DNA of 64,000 nucleotides from a bacterium (GTDB lineage Bacteria; Bacteroidota; Ignavibacteria; Kapaibacteriales; Kapaibacteriaceae): NCBI GenBank assembly GCA_034440235.1, contig JAWXBR010000013.1, positions 2,188 to 66,187 of the forward strand, read 5' to 3'. Shown piece by piece: positions 1 to 8,984 of this stretch (position 1 is its first letter; each line of letters starts with the position of its first letter). The notes under the pieces were generated by a model. It saw only the letters and a program-made list of their open reading frames with translations, ran no database searches and was not told where the DNA came from. The position numbers and the translations under genes were made by a program.

Positions 1-1279
1 GTCCGATGCACGGACCGCATGCGTTGGCAAGGACTTGCGCTCCGATGCTTTCCATTTTCTCGAGTAGGCCGTCACGTTCGATTGTTGCGCGCACTTGTTC
101 TGACCCTGGCGTTACAGTGAACTCGCTCTTTGCATGAAGTCCGTGCGCATGTGCGAATTCGGCAATCGACGCAACACGACTCATGTCTTCGTACGACGAG
201 TTGGTGCACGATCCGATGAGGCCAACGCGCAGTTCTTCTGGCCAATCGTGTGTTTTAACGGCTTCGATAAACTCCGACAGTTCCATTGCACGATCGGGAG
301 TGTAGGGTCCGTTAATATGTGGCTCGAGCGTATTCAAATCGATTTCGATTACTTCGTCGTAATGCGCGCTCGGATTAGTTTCAACCTCTGGATCTGCGCG
401 CAGATGCTGAGCTACAACTTCTGCCATGGTAGCAACATCATCGCGCATGGTGCTGCGCAAGTAACGCGACATCGATGCATCGAATGGAAAGAGAGATGTC
501 GTTGCACCAATTTCTGCGCCCATGTTGCAGATTGTGCCCTTGCCTGTCGCTGAGAACGAGGCAGCCCCTTCACCGAAATATTCAACAATCGATCCGGTGC
601 CGCCCTTAACCGTGAGGATGCCCGCGAGTTTTAGGATGACGTCTTTCGGACTTGTCCATCCGCTCATCCTACCGGTGAGTTTCACGCCAATAATTTTCGG
701 CATTTGCAATTCCCACGACATGCCGGCCATAACATCAACAGCATCGGCACCGCCAACACCAATTGCAATCATGCCGAGTCCGCCCGCATTCGGCGTATGC
801 GAATCCGTGCCAATCATCATACCGCCAGGGAACGCATAGTTCTCGAGTACGACTTGGTGAATGATGCCTGCGCCTGGTTTCCAGAAGCCAATGCCGTACT
901 TCGCGGAAACGGACGCAAGAAATTCGAAGACCTCTTTGTTTTCAACCAGCGATTTCTCGAGATCGGCAACAGCGCCATGTTCAGCGCGAATAAGGTGGTC
1001 GCAATGCACCGTGCTAGGCACAGCCACTGTCGGTATGCCCGCGCTCATGAATTGTAAAAGCGCCATCTGTGCCGTTGCGTCCTGCATGGCCACACGGTCC
1101 GGACGAAAGTCGACGTAGCTGCGGCCGCGCTCATGATGCACCTTCGGCATAACATCCATGTGCGAATACAAGATCTTTTCTGTCAGCGTTAACGGCCTAC
1201 CCAACACAGTGCGCGCTTCTGCAATGCGTGCTCCCATATTGGAGTACAAAGTGCGGATCATGTCGATGTCGTATGCCAT
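1..1279 (-). CDS. acn: Aconitate hydratase (mitochondrial-like type), 5' part; runs off the left edge
   Basis: Manual translation from ATG at 1279 gives [12 protein letters not shown]...[13 protein letters not shown]...[23 protein letters not shown]...[11 protein letters not shown], the conserved aconitase N-terminal motifs. Absent from the ORF track because no stop lies in the window. Confidence 0.95.
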   Translation of the reverse strand, partial: MAYDIDMIRTLYSNMGARIAEARTVLGRPLTLTEKILYSHMDVMPKVHHERGRSYVDFRPDRVAMQDATAQMALLQFMSAGIPTVAVPSTVHCDHLIRAEHGAVADLEKSLVENKEVFEFLASVSAKYGIGFWKPGAGIIHQVVLENYAFPGGMMIGTDSHTPNAGGLGMIAIGVGGADAVDVMAGMSWELQMPKIIGVKLTGRMSGWTSPKDVILKLAGILTVKGGTGSIVEYFGEGAASFSATGKGTICNMGAEIGATTSLFPFDASMSRYLRSTMRDDVATMAEVVAQHLRADPEVETNPSAHYDEVIEIDLNTLEPHINGPYTPDRAMELSEFIEAVKTHDWPEELRVGLIGSCTNSSYEDMSRVASIAEFAHAHGLHAKSEFTVTPGSEQVRATIERDGLLEKMESIGAQVLANACGPCIG

Positions 1280-1320
1280 GGCTGTTCTGAAATGTTAAAA
1301 TGTTTTACAAAACGAAGTTG

Positions 1321-1460
1321 GATGAGAAACGGTCGGACGAGAAACGGTCGGACGAGAAACGGTCGGACGAGAAACGGTCGGACGAGAAACGGTCGGATGA
1401 GAAACGGTCGGACGAGAAACGGTCGGATGAGAAACGGTCGGACGAGAAACGGTCGGATGA
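1321..1460. repeat. Tandem array of a 15-bp unit GAYGAGAAACGGTCG, 9 full copies plus a partial
   Basis: Read directly; copies differ only by C/T at position 3. Lies between the vapC stop (1464) and the aconitase start (1279). Confidence 0.98.
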
Positions 1461-1463
1461 ATT

Positions 1464-1859
1464 CTACAAGCGTCGAGGGTCGAGGAAGTGAACGTTAGGG
1501 AGGCCTTCAAAATCGGAGTCTTGAGTGAAGAGTGTAGCACTGTGCGCGAGTGTCGTTGCATATACAATGCTGTCGGCCATTGGTAAGCGGTACTGTTTGC
1601 GAAGTTCCGCGGCTTGAATTGCCCGTTCGGCATGTAGATCGTCGACGGTGTGACTTCGCATGACTGCAGCAGCAGCTAGAACGTCATCGGACCCGTTTGT
1701 TTTGCCAACCGCAAGGGCAACCTCGTAGATACAAATCGATGGTACAACAATAGCACCCGCTTCGATTGCTGGCTGCACTACAGAAACCACCGACGGTGCG
1801 TCGCGAAAATATTCAAGCCACACTCCGGTATCTAATACGATGTTGGACTTTGGCTTCAT
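1464..1859 (-). CDS. vapC: PIN-domain toxin (VapC family)
   Basis: IVLDTGVWLE...EVA...MADSIVYATTL...LFTQDSDF acidic PIN motifs; 131 aa; downstream of an AbrB-like gene. Confidence 0.92.
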   Translation of the reverse strand: MKPKSNIVLDTGVWLEYFRDAPSVVSVVQPAIEAGAIVVPSICIYEVALAVGKTNGSDDVLAAAAVMRSHTVDDLHAERAIQAAELRKQYRLPMADSIVYATTLAHSATLFTQDSDFEGLPNVHFLDPRRL

Positions 1860-1896
1860 TTAACATCTGAGGCGAGGTTGAGCATAAATATTGACC

Positions 1897-2100
1897 TCAT
1901 TGTTTGTCCCTGTCCACCTGGATGTCCTGCCCCTTTAGAAAGCCCCTTGCCTGTGTCATGTCCAGAACCGGAGTAATCGTGAGCATGCCGTTGTACTCCA
2001 TAAACGTCATCTGCTGGCCCGGCTTGAGCTTTAAACGCTCGCGGATTTCCTGCGGGATAACGATCTGGTACTTGGGGGATATCGTGACAACGTTTTTCAT
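1897..2100 (-). CDS. AbrB/MazE/SpoVT-family antitoxin
   Basis: VTISPKYQIVIPQEIRERLKLKPG swapped-hairpin signature; 67 aa upstream of the PIN toxin. Confidence 0.92.
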   Translation of the reverse strand: MKNVVTISPKYQIVIPQEIRERLKLKPGQQMTFMEYNGMLTITPVLDMTQARGFLKGQDIQVDRDKQ

Positions 2101-2200
2101 TATCGATCTCTAGTTCGGGTAACGACGACTGATCGATACAAATATCGTATGACGAATTCAGAAATGCAAATGAATTTTTTAGGGAGCGATGCAAAGCAAT

Positions 2201-2230
2201 TCATTCCGGGAGCGATGCGAAGAGCATCGC
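2201..2230. repeat. Partial copy of the REP-like palindrome plus a GCGATGC/GCATCGC hairpin
   Basis: CAATTCATTCCGGGA matches one arm of the 4205-4235 element; followed by GCGATGC-GAAGA-GCATCGC. Intergenic. Confidence 0.55.
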
Positions 2231-2285
2231 GTATCTCGCGCAATGGTCGCCGTAAGTCGTTTAGAATATAGAAACGCTGTTCAGA

Positions 2286-4166
2286 CTAACCGCGTTCGCT
2301 TAACTCGAGCCACGATTGTGTGACGTCGTCTATCTGGCGTACTAAGCGTGTGAGCTCTTCGCTCGTTGCCTGCAACTCGCGGAAATCTTTGCCGCCGACG
2401 CTGAGCCTTTTCTCGAGTACAACCTTCTTCGCTTCTAGTTCGTGCAATTCGTTTTCTAGTAGCGTGAGCTTCTTTTTCTCTTTGAAGGTAAGGGGCTTCG
2501 GCTGCGCCGAAGGGGAGGCGTCGGTTGCATGAGAGCCCCCTTGGTTGCCGTTGTTGCCCTTGTTACCACCTTCGTTGCCTCGTGCACCGTGCTGCTTTTG
2601 AGCCTTATTGCTTTCACGTACTTCGGTTGGGCGGTTGGGCGTGGGACGTTGGGAGGCCGGACGCGATTCGATTTTTTCGAGATACGATGAGTAGTTGCCA
2701 GGGTATTCTTTGATGCGTCCGTTTGCTTCGAAAGACCAGATGGTGTCGACAGTTTTGTCGAGGAAGGCGCGATCGTGCGAGACGATGAGTAACACACCCT
2801 TGAAGAGCTGCAAATAATCTTCGAGCGCAGTGAGTGTTACGATGTCGAAATCGTTTGTGGGCTCATCGAGAAAGAGCACGTTGGGGTTCGACATAAGTAT
2901 GCGTAGAAGTCCGAGGCGTCTACGTTCGCCACCTGAGAGCGTGTGCACGTATGCGTGTTGTTGCTTCGACGAATACCCAAACCTGTCGCACAGTTCCTTT
3001 GCAGTGATGAACCTGTCGCGTCCGACACCAACGTCTATGAACTCTGCAATCTCACGCACATTCGCAAGAACGGTTTCGTTTTCTTTGAGGTCTTTAATCT
3101 CCTGAGCGAAGTAGCCAACGCTGACAGTTTCGCCAAGTGTGACGTATCCTTCGTCAGGTTTTGCATGGCCGGCGAGAGTGTTGAGGAGGGTTGACTTGCC
3201 GGCGCCGTTCGGACCAATTATTCCGACGCGATCGAGGGCCTTTGCTCTGTATGTAAACTTTGCAAATAACGCGCGACTGCCAATGCGTTTCGTGATGTCT
3301 ACGGCATCGATAACCTTGCCGCCAAGAAAGCGATGTCCGAGTTCAATTTCGATGTCACGTATGTCGGCCTTCGGTGGCTCGACCTGCATTCGGTGAATCC
3401 AGTCGATGCGACTCTTCTGCTTTGAGCGCCTTGCCTTAGCCCCTTTTTGAAGCCAGGCTAATTCTGAGCGCAGCTTGTTGCGCATGTGCTCTGCAGTTGA
3501 GTCTTGTATTTCCATCATCGATTCTTTACGCTCGAGATACTGCTCGTATCCACCTACGTATGAAATGATGCGCAACTGATCGAGTTCGAGAATACGATTA
3601 CACACAGCATCGAGGAAGTATCTGTCGTGTGTTACGAGCAGTAATGCTTTTGAAGATTTCTGCAACTCGTCTTGCAGCCACTGCACAGAATCGGCGTCGA
3701 GGTGGTTCGTGGGCTCATCGAGGATAAGAAGGTCTGGCTCGGCCATTAAGGCGCGGGCGATAGCAACGCGTTTGCGTTGTCCGCCGGACATTTCATGTAC
3801 GTTGGCTTCTTGATTCTGTATTCCGAGTTTGCCTAGATACAGGCTAGCGCGGATTTCGATTTCCCACTCTTCCTGATGTCCGTGCGCAGGGTCGTATGCC
3901 TTGCACACCGCATGTATTGCTGTATCGTCGACATCAAATACTGGTATCTGTGGTAGGTAGTCGAAGCGCGCTTCTTTATTAAAAGCTACGATGCCGTCAT
4001 CGGGTTCATCGAGTCCGGCAACGATGCGAAGCAACGACGTCTTGCCCGCACCATTACGTCCGATAATGCCCACGCGCTCGCCATCCTGTATCCCAAACGA
4101 AATGTTCTGGAACAGTATTTTCTCGAAATAAGACTTCGATAGTTCGGAAGCGGAAAATATAGTCAG
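2286..4166 (-). CDS. ABC-F family ATP-binding protein (Uup-like); probable CTG start at 4166
   Basis: Two ABC domains (GRNGAGKT, LSGGERRR, LFLDEPTN) and no TM segments. The conserved N-terminus LTIFSASELSKSYFEKILFQNISFG extends 31 codons upstream of the GTG at 4073 in an open frame that has no ATG. Confidence 0.9.
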   Translation of the reverse strand: MTIFSASELSKSYFEKILFQNISFGIQDGERVGIIGRNGAGKTSLLRIVAGLDEPDDGIVAFNKEARFDYLPQIPVFDVDDTAIHAVCKAYDPAHGHQEEWEIEIRASLYLGKLGIQNQEANVHEMSGGQRKRVAIARALMAEPDLLILDEPTNHLDADSVQWLQDELQKSSKALLLVTHDRYFLDAVCNRILELDQLRIISYVGGYEQYLERKESMMEIQDSTAEHMRNKLRSELAWLQKGAKARRSKQKSRIDWIHRMQVEPPKADIRDIEIELGHRFLGGKVIDAVDITKRIGSRALFAKFTYRAKALDRVGIIGPNGAGKSTLLNTLAGHAKPDEGYVTLGETVSVGYFAQEIKDLKENETVLANVREIAEFIDVGVGRDRFITAKELCDRFGYSSKQQHAYVHTLSGGERRRLGLLRILMSNPNVLFLDEPTNDFDIVTLTALEDYLQLFKGVLLIVSHDRAFLDKTVDTIWSFEANGRIKEYPGNYSSYLEKIESRPASQRPTPNRPTEVRESNKAQKQHGARGNEGGNKGNNGNQGGSHATDASPSAQPKPLTFKEKKKLTLLENELHELEAKKVVLEKRLSVGGKDFRELQATSEELTRLVRQIDDVTQSWLELSERG

Positions 4167-4204
4167 AGCGACAGCCCTTCATGGTTTTAAAGGACTTACA
4201 AAGC

Positions 4205-4235
4205 TCATTCCGGGAGATAATGATTCCCGGAATGA
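4205..4235. repeat. REP-like 31-nt palindrome TCATTCCGGGA-GATAATGAT-TCCCGGAATGA
   Basis: Perfect 11-bp stem with a 9-nt loop; a near-identical inverted copy lies at 15109-15139. Confidence 0.85.
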
Positions 4236-4249
4236 ATTGTATGCTTTTG

Positions 4250-5203
4250 TTAAGAGTGTACACTTTCTGCGTACGTCGACTCTCCGTATTGCTCTTCTGC
4301 AAGCGGTGTTGCTTGAGACAGCTTGCTCTCCGCAAGCTTGCGCTGCAGGAAGGCTTTTGGAATACGGACAACTTTCTTGACGAGGCCAAGGCGTTCCCAC
4401 ATGCGAATCGAGAGACCCGTGATATCTACCTGATACCATTTAAGTCCGTGAAACGCAGATGCAGGAAATGCATGGTGATTGTTGTGCCATCCCTCTCCAA
4501 GTGCAAGCAAACCGATTACCCAGTTGTTGCGACTCTGGTCTGTGGTTTGGAAGTGACGTTGACCTGCGATATGACACACAGAGTTTACGCACCATGTAAT
4601 GTGGCTAGTGATGAAAAGGCGAATGAGTCCGCCCCACAAAAGTCCGTGGAATGCACCAATCCAGCCGCCTGTAAGCCCGCCGATAATGGCTGGTACAACA
4701 AGGCCGAATGCAGTCCAGAAAAGGAATGTTCTATCGAAGAACATCAGCATTCTGTCTTTCTTGTATCGGTTGCCGTATTCGTCTCTGATTTGACCCATTT
4801 CAGGACTCGTCATCTCAAGAATCCATTCGAAATGTGCAAACAAGAAGCCGCGCAGCGTTGGCGTATGCGGGTCTCCTTCTTGGTCAGACATAGCGTGGTG
4901 CTTGGTATGCGTTGCAGCCCAGTTTACAACAGGACCCTGCATGGTCATCGAACCGAGTGCGAGTACAGCCGCACGCAATGCTGGATGCGCTTGAAATGCT
5001 TTGTGTACTACGAGGCGGTGGTATCCAAATGTGACGCCGTATTGGGTGAGAATAGAGCCGACAATCACAAGGAGCATGTCCGTTGTTGAGAAATCACCAG
5101 TAATGAACAACCATGCACCGTACATAGCAGCAAGTGCCGGTACGAGAACAAGAAAGAGTACAGGTAGATTTCCAACTTTGAACGATGGAATGAAATTTGA
5201 CAT
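4250..5203 (-). CDS. Delta-9-type acyl-CoA/fatty acid desaturase
   Basis: His boxes YHRLVVH, THTKHH and WHNNHH, TM segments, SRNNW motif. Confidence 0.93.
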   Translation of the reverse strand: MSNFIPSFKVGNLPVLFLVLVPALAAMYGAWLFITGDFSTTDMLLVIVGSILTQYGVTFGYHRLVVHKAFQAHPALRAAVLALGSMTMQGPVVNWAATHTKHHAMSDQEGDPHTPTLRGFLFAHFEWILEMTSPEMGQIRDEYGNRYKKDRMLMFFDRTFLFWTAFGLVVPAIIGGLTGGWIGAFHGLLWGGLIRLFITSHITWCVNSVCHIAGQRHFQTTDQSRNNWVIGLLALGEGWHNNHHAFPASAFHGLKWYQVDITGLSIRMWERLGLVKKVVRIPKAFLQRKLAESKLSQATPLAEEQYGESTYAESVHS

Positions 5204-5238
5204 TTAGTGCGATCTTATTTCTAAAGAAAGGACATAAC

Positions 5239-5270
5239 AATGGGGCTACCCCTTACGAAGCAGCCCCATT
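5239..5270 (-). terminator. Hairpin after the FKBP gene (possible terminator)
   Basis: AATGGGGCT...AGCCCCATT 9-bp inverted repeat 10 nt downstream of the FKBP stop; U-tract weak. Confidence 0.4.
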
Positions 5271-5279
5271 AGGCGGATT

Positions 5280-5984
5280 TTACTTCTTTACGATGTCGAG
5301 GAGCTCGACTTCAAATATGAGCATTTCGTTGGCGCCAATCGAACCCGGACGACCTTGTTCGCCATAGGCGAGGCTACCAGGAACGTAAAGCATGTACTTC
5401 GAACCGACAGGCATGAGTTGCAGACCCTCTGTCCATCCACGGATAACTCCGTTGAGTGGGAATTCTGCTGGCTCGTTGCGATCGTAGGAGCTGTCGAACA
5501 CTTTGCCATCCATGTGCGTTCCGCGGTAGTGGACCTTAACGGTACTTTCTGCGGATGGCTTCGGACCCTTGCCCTCTGTCATGACCTTGTATTGCAAACC
5601 GCTAGGTGTAGTCATTACACCGCTCGCCTTTTTGTTCTTCGCGAGCCATTCATCGCTCTTCTTCTGGAACTCAGAGCCTTCCTTTTTACGGGACTCCTCT
5701 TGAACTCTTTGAGATTCTTCCTGAAGTGTCTGCATTGCCGCTCCAATTTGCTCCTCTGTTAGAAGAGCCTTGTCGGCGAGTTTGTCCTGCATACCAGCAA
5801 GAACCATCTGCAGATTCACATCGAGCTTTTGCTGTGAGAAAGAATTGCCAATCTGTAGACCGATAGCGTAGCTAAGCGTGTCTTTCTTGTTTGTAGGCTG
5901 CATTTCATTGACTTTGGGTTGTGCATTACATGCAATGGAGACCACTGCAATCAACACGACTACGAGAATCTTCATATATGTCAC
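5280..5984 (-). CDS. FKBP-type peptidyl-prolyl isomerase (FkpA/FklB-like), probable lipoprotein
   Basis: DTLSYAIG N-domain; VKVHYRG, FDSSY, VIRGWTEGL, LIFEVELL; signal peptide ending SIAC. Confidence 0.95.
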   Translation of the reverse strand: MTYMKILVVVLIAVVSIACNAQPKVNEMQPTNKKDTLSYAIGLQIGNSFSQQKLDVNLQMVLAGMQDKLADKALLTEEQIGAAMQTLQEESQRVQEESRKKEGSEFQKKSDEWLAKNKKASGVMTTPSGLQYKVMTEGKGPKPSAESTVKVHYRGTHMDGKVFDSSYDRNEPAEFPLNGVIRGWTEGLQLMPVGSKYMLYVPGSLAYGEQGRPGSIGANEMLIFEVELLDIVKK

Positions 5985-6012
5985 TTGTTAGTTGGGAAAA
6001 ATCATAAAGAGC

Positions 6013-6020
6013 CAAAGATA
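6013..6020 (-). promoter_or_regulatory. Bacteroidota-type -7 box TATCTTTG upstream of the FKBP gene
   Basis: Exact TAnnTTTG match 28 nt upstream of the ATG. Confidence 0.55.
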
Positions 6021-6073
6021 AGGCATGGACGCTTTTCCCCCTGCATCATTGCCGAGGTGGATTTTCGCGAGGG

Positions 6074-7828
6074 CTAAGACCGGTTACTCAGTGCACGGGC
6101 CACATTTTGTCCGTCCAGGGCCGCGCTCACAATGCCCCCTGCATAGCCAGCCCCCTCCCCACATGGGAATAGGCCTCTTATGGTAGGGTGCTGAAGGGTC
6201 TTTGGGTCGCGTGGGATCCGCACGGGCGAGCTTGTGCGCGACTCCACTGCTACAACGACGGCCTCTTCGGTGAGGTAGGAGCGCATCATTTCGCCGAATC
6301 GGCGGACTCCGATTAGGAGCCTATCTGACACGCCTTGTGGCAGGATTGCTCGTATATCAACGCTTGCGTGGCCAGGTATGTACGATGTTTTTGGAAGTGT
6401 CGAGCTGACCTTGCCCGCTAGAAAATCGGTGAGGCGCTGGGCAGGAGCACGTTGCGATTGGTCGCCATTCGACTCAAACGCAGCTATTTCAGACGCGGCC
6501 TGGTACTCCATAGCAGCGAGAGGTCCGGCATGTGCATACCCCTGCCAGTCTTCTGGCTCGACTGCAACCACGGTTCCGGCATTTGCGAATGGAGAGTCGC
6601 GGCGCGACATCGACATGCCGTTAATCACGATTTCGCCGGGGGATGTTGCCGAAGGGACCATAAGTCCACCCGGACACATGCAGAACGAAAACACACCACG
6701 GCCGTTCGCCTGACAAACAAGCGAATACGACGCAGCAGGTAAATGCGCGTCTGTTGCCGACCCACTGTATTGCACTTCATCGATTAACGCTTGCGGATGT
6801 TCGATGCGCACACCGAGGGCAAATGGTTTTGGCTCCACCAAAATTCCACGCTGCACACAAAGCCTAAAAATGTCTCGCGCCGAATGTCCCGTTGCCAGAA
6901 TTACATTTTTCGCACGCACCTCTTCGCCATTTGCAAGCACCACACCTTCAATCGCAGCTTCATCGTCAGCCGAAATAGGTACTGCATCTACCGAAATAGT
7001 TTTTGCGTCAGCCGAAATAGTTGTTGCGTCAGCCGAAATTGTTGCAGCGTCAGCCGAAATTGTTGCAGCGTCAGCCGAAATAGTTGCAGCGTCAGCCGAA
7101 ATAGTTGTTGCGTCAGCCGAAATAGTTGTTGCTGCGTAGGTTGATGGTTGTCTCTTCCGCGTGATAATAAAATCGGTTACAAACGATTCGAAACGCACTT
7201 CGCCTCCGAAACGCAGAATTGTTTCGCGAATATCACGCACTACGGTCCACAACTTGTTCGACCCAATGTGTGGGTGTGCGTCTACCAGGATGTCGCGTGA
7301 TGCGCCGTGTTCGACAAGCAGCCGCAGCACCTTGTCTATCGAGCCCCTTTTATGCGAACGCGTGTAAAGTTTTCCGTCGCTGTACGTACCAGCACCACCT
7401 TCCCCAAAACAGTAGTTCGAATGCGGGTCTACAATGCCGAACTGCTGAATTGCACGCAGGTCTTTGCGTCGCGCTCGCGCGTCCTTGCCTCGCTCAATTA
7501 CGATGGGCTTTATGCCAAGCTCGATAAGCTCTAGTGCAGCAAAGTATCCGGCGGGTCCGGCACCAACAATAATGCACGCCGGCGCATTACTCACATCTCG
7601 AAATGCATCGAGTAAGGGGCTTGCAGAAGGGGGCTCTTCGTTTGCGTACACATCGACGACCAGTCGCACAACCGTGTATCGTGCACGGGCATCAATGCTG
7701 CGTCGAGCGACTTGTACGCTCGAAATGTCGTCGGCAGCAATACCCGACTCCATAGCCGCATGCTCGCGCACAGAAATTGGATCGGCAGCTTGCGCTGGAG
7801 TTAGGGCGAGGTCGACACGAACATGCAT
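6074..7828 (-). CDS. FAD-dependent oxidoreductase (uncharacterised flavoprotein family) with an internal repeat insertion
   Basis: IVGAGPAG Rossmann motif, GEGGAGTYSDGKL, FCMCPGG, ESRTSSPVRIPR, GEGAGYAGGIVSAALDG. Confidence 0.9.
   Translation of the reverse strand: MHVRVDLALTPAQAADPISVREHAAMESGIAADDISSVQVARRSIDARARYTVVRLVVDVYANEEPPSASPLLDAFRDVSNAPACIIVGAGPAGYFAALELIELGIKPIVIERGKDARARRKDLRAIQQFGIVDPHSNYCFGEGGAGTYSDGKLYTRSHKRGSIDKVLRLLVEHGASRDILVDAHPHIGSNKLWTVVRDIRETILRFGGEVRFESFVTDFIITRKRQPSTYAATTISADATTISADAATISADAATISADAATISADATTISADAKTISVDAVPISADDEAAIEGVVLANGEEVRAKNVILATGHSARDIFRLCVQRGILVEPKPFALGVRIEHPQALIDEVQYSGSATDAHLPAASYSLVCQANGRGVFSFCMCPGGLMVPSATSPGEIVINGMSMSRRDSPFANAGTVVAVEPEDWQGYAHAGPLAAMEYQAASEIAAFESNGDQSQRAPAQRLTDFLAGKVSSTLPKTSYIPGHASVDIRAILPQGVSDRLLIGVRRFGEMMRSYLTEEAVVVAVESRTSSPVRIPRDPKTLQHPTIRGLFPCGEGAGYAGGIVSAALDGQNVARALSNRS
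6965..7132 (-). repeat. In-frame 21-bp tandem repeat x8 encoding (A-T/A-T-I-S-A-D)n
   Basis: Unit GTCAGCCGAAATAGTTGTTGC; six near-perfect and two degenerate copies inside the flavoprotein. Confidence 0.97.
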
Positions 7829-7846
7829 AGCGCTAATTTACAGGCT

Positions 7847-8170
7847 ATGGACAAAGAAGACTTCTTCGAGCGTGTGTATGCAGTCGTGCGTCGTATCCCC
7901 TAGGGCAAGGTCACGACGTACGGCGCAATTGCCGAACTGCTCGGCATGAAATCGTCAGCGCGGATGATCGGTTGGGCTCTGAACGGTGTGTCACTGCGCG
8001 ACCGCACGGACATACCATGTCATCGTGTCGTAAATCGAAACGGAGATTTATCTGGCGCAATGCATTTCGAAACACCATTCGTTATGCGCGAACGCCTCGA
8101 AGCAGAACGCGTTGGTTTTGTGGGCGATCGGGTGGATTTAAGCGTACACTTATGGAAACCGATAGCGTGA
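7847..8170 (+). pseudogene. MGMT/alkyltransferase-family protein interrupted by an in-frame TAG at 7901-7903
   Basis: ATG 7847 gives MDKEDFFERVYAVVRRIP*GKVTTYGAIAELLG...IPCHRVVN. The conserved HTH start and the PCHRV active-site motif are in one frame with a single amber stop. Confidence 0.85.
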
Positions 8171-8976
8171 AAGATTCAATTCAAAATATGATTCTGGACT
8201 TCTATTCACCGCGCCCGCATACAACCATTGATGTTGATGTAAAGAGCCTGGAAAGAGCAATAGCAGAACAGTTAACGAAGTATTGGGGTGGATACGTTGA
8301 ATCGCGACGGTCAAGTGATAGCTCTACGATTGAACTTCGTGGTCTGCTTAAGAATGCCATTCAGCGCATTCAAACACCTGAATTTGAGACGGCAGACGTC
8401 CTCCTAGTCGTGCTCGACGATTGTGCATTAGTGAATGGCCATGCATTCGTTAAAAATGGAATTGGTATAGCCTTTTATGTACTCAAAGACGGATATAGCA
8501 TTGCCTTTCATCGGGTGTTTGCGATGCATGAGATTATTCATGCAATTCACTACAAGCTTAATTCGACGTTTGCCTTCGACACCTCTGAGTGGCAACAGCA
8601 AACTTCGAGGCAGTTACTATGCGAGGGCATTGCGACGGTGTTCACTGCAATCGCTTTACGTATTAGTATGAAGGAGGCATTGTGGTCGGATGCGCTATCT
8701 CACGCGACTGTAGATGGCTGGATGCTTGCATGTGAGAGTTCGAAAGGTGAACTCTGTCAGCAGGTGCTTGACAACTTCGATCTAAATGCGCCTTCGGGCC
8801 TTTTTCAGTTTGTACCAGAAGCAGTGCCAATCGCGAATCGTAGCGGGTATTGGCTAGGCTCTCTCTTCATTTATGATCTACTCGACAAAGGTTGGTCTGC
8901 GCAAGAAATACTGCTTGCTCCGTACTCCGTTTTATCTGAGCAGCTTAGAGGATGGCTACTAGGAAATGCCGACTAG
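8152..8976 (+). CDS. Putative Zn-dependent protease (DUF2268-like, HExxH)
   Basis: AMHEIIHAIH and a downstream LCEGIATVF, plus GYWLG. Start placed at METDS (8152), overlapping the MGMT stop. Confidence 0.65.
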   Translation: METDSVKDSIQNMILDFYSPRPHTTIDVDVKSLERAIAEQLTKYWGGYVESRRSSDSSTIELRGLLKNAIQRIQTPEFETADVLLVVLDDCALVNGHAFVKNGIGIAFYVLKDGYSIAFHRVFAMHEIIHAIHYKLNSTFAFDTSEWQQQTSRQLLCEGIATVFTAIALRISMKEALWSDALSHATVDGWMLACESSKGELCQQVLDNFDLNAPSGLFQFVPEAVPIANRSGYWLGSLFIYDLLDKGWSAQEILLAPYSVLSEQLRGWLLGNAD

Positions 8977-8984
8977 TAGCAGAG

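Noticed and set aside
1292-1633. Repeat-encoded ORFs (RNGRT, SDEKR, HPTVS)
   Set aside because: They arise because the 15-bp unit lacks stops; they overlap vapC and have no independent support.
4181-5089. 302-aa plus-strand ORF
   Set aside because: Antisense shadow of the desaturase; no motifs.
7972-8151. 60-aa N-terminal extension of the HExxH protein
   Set aside because: Overlaps the MGMT frame; METDS at 8152 is the more plausible start.
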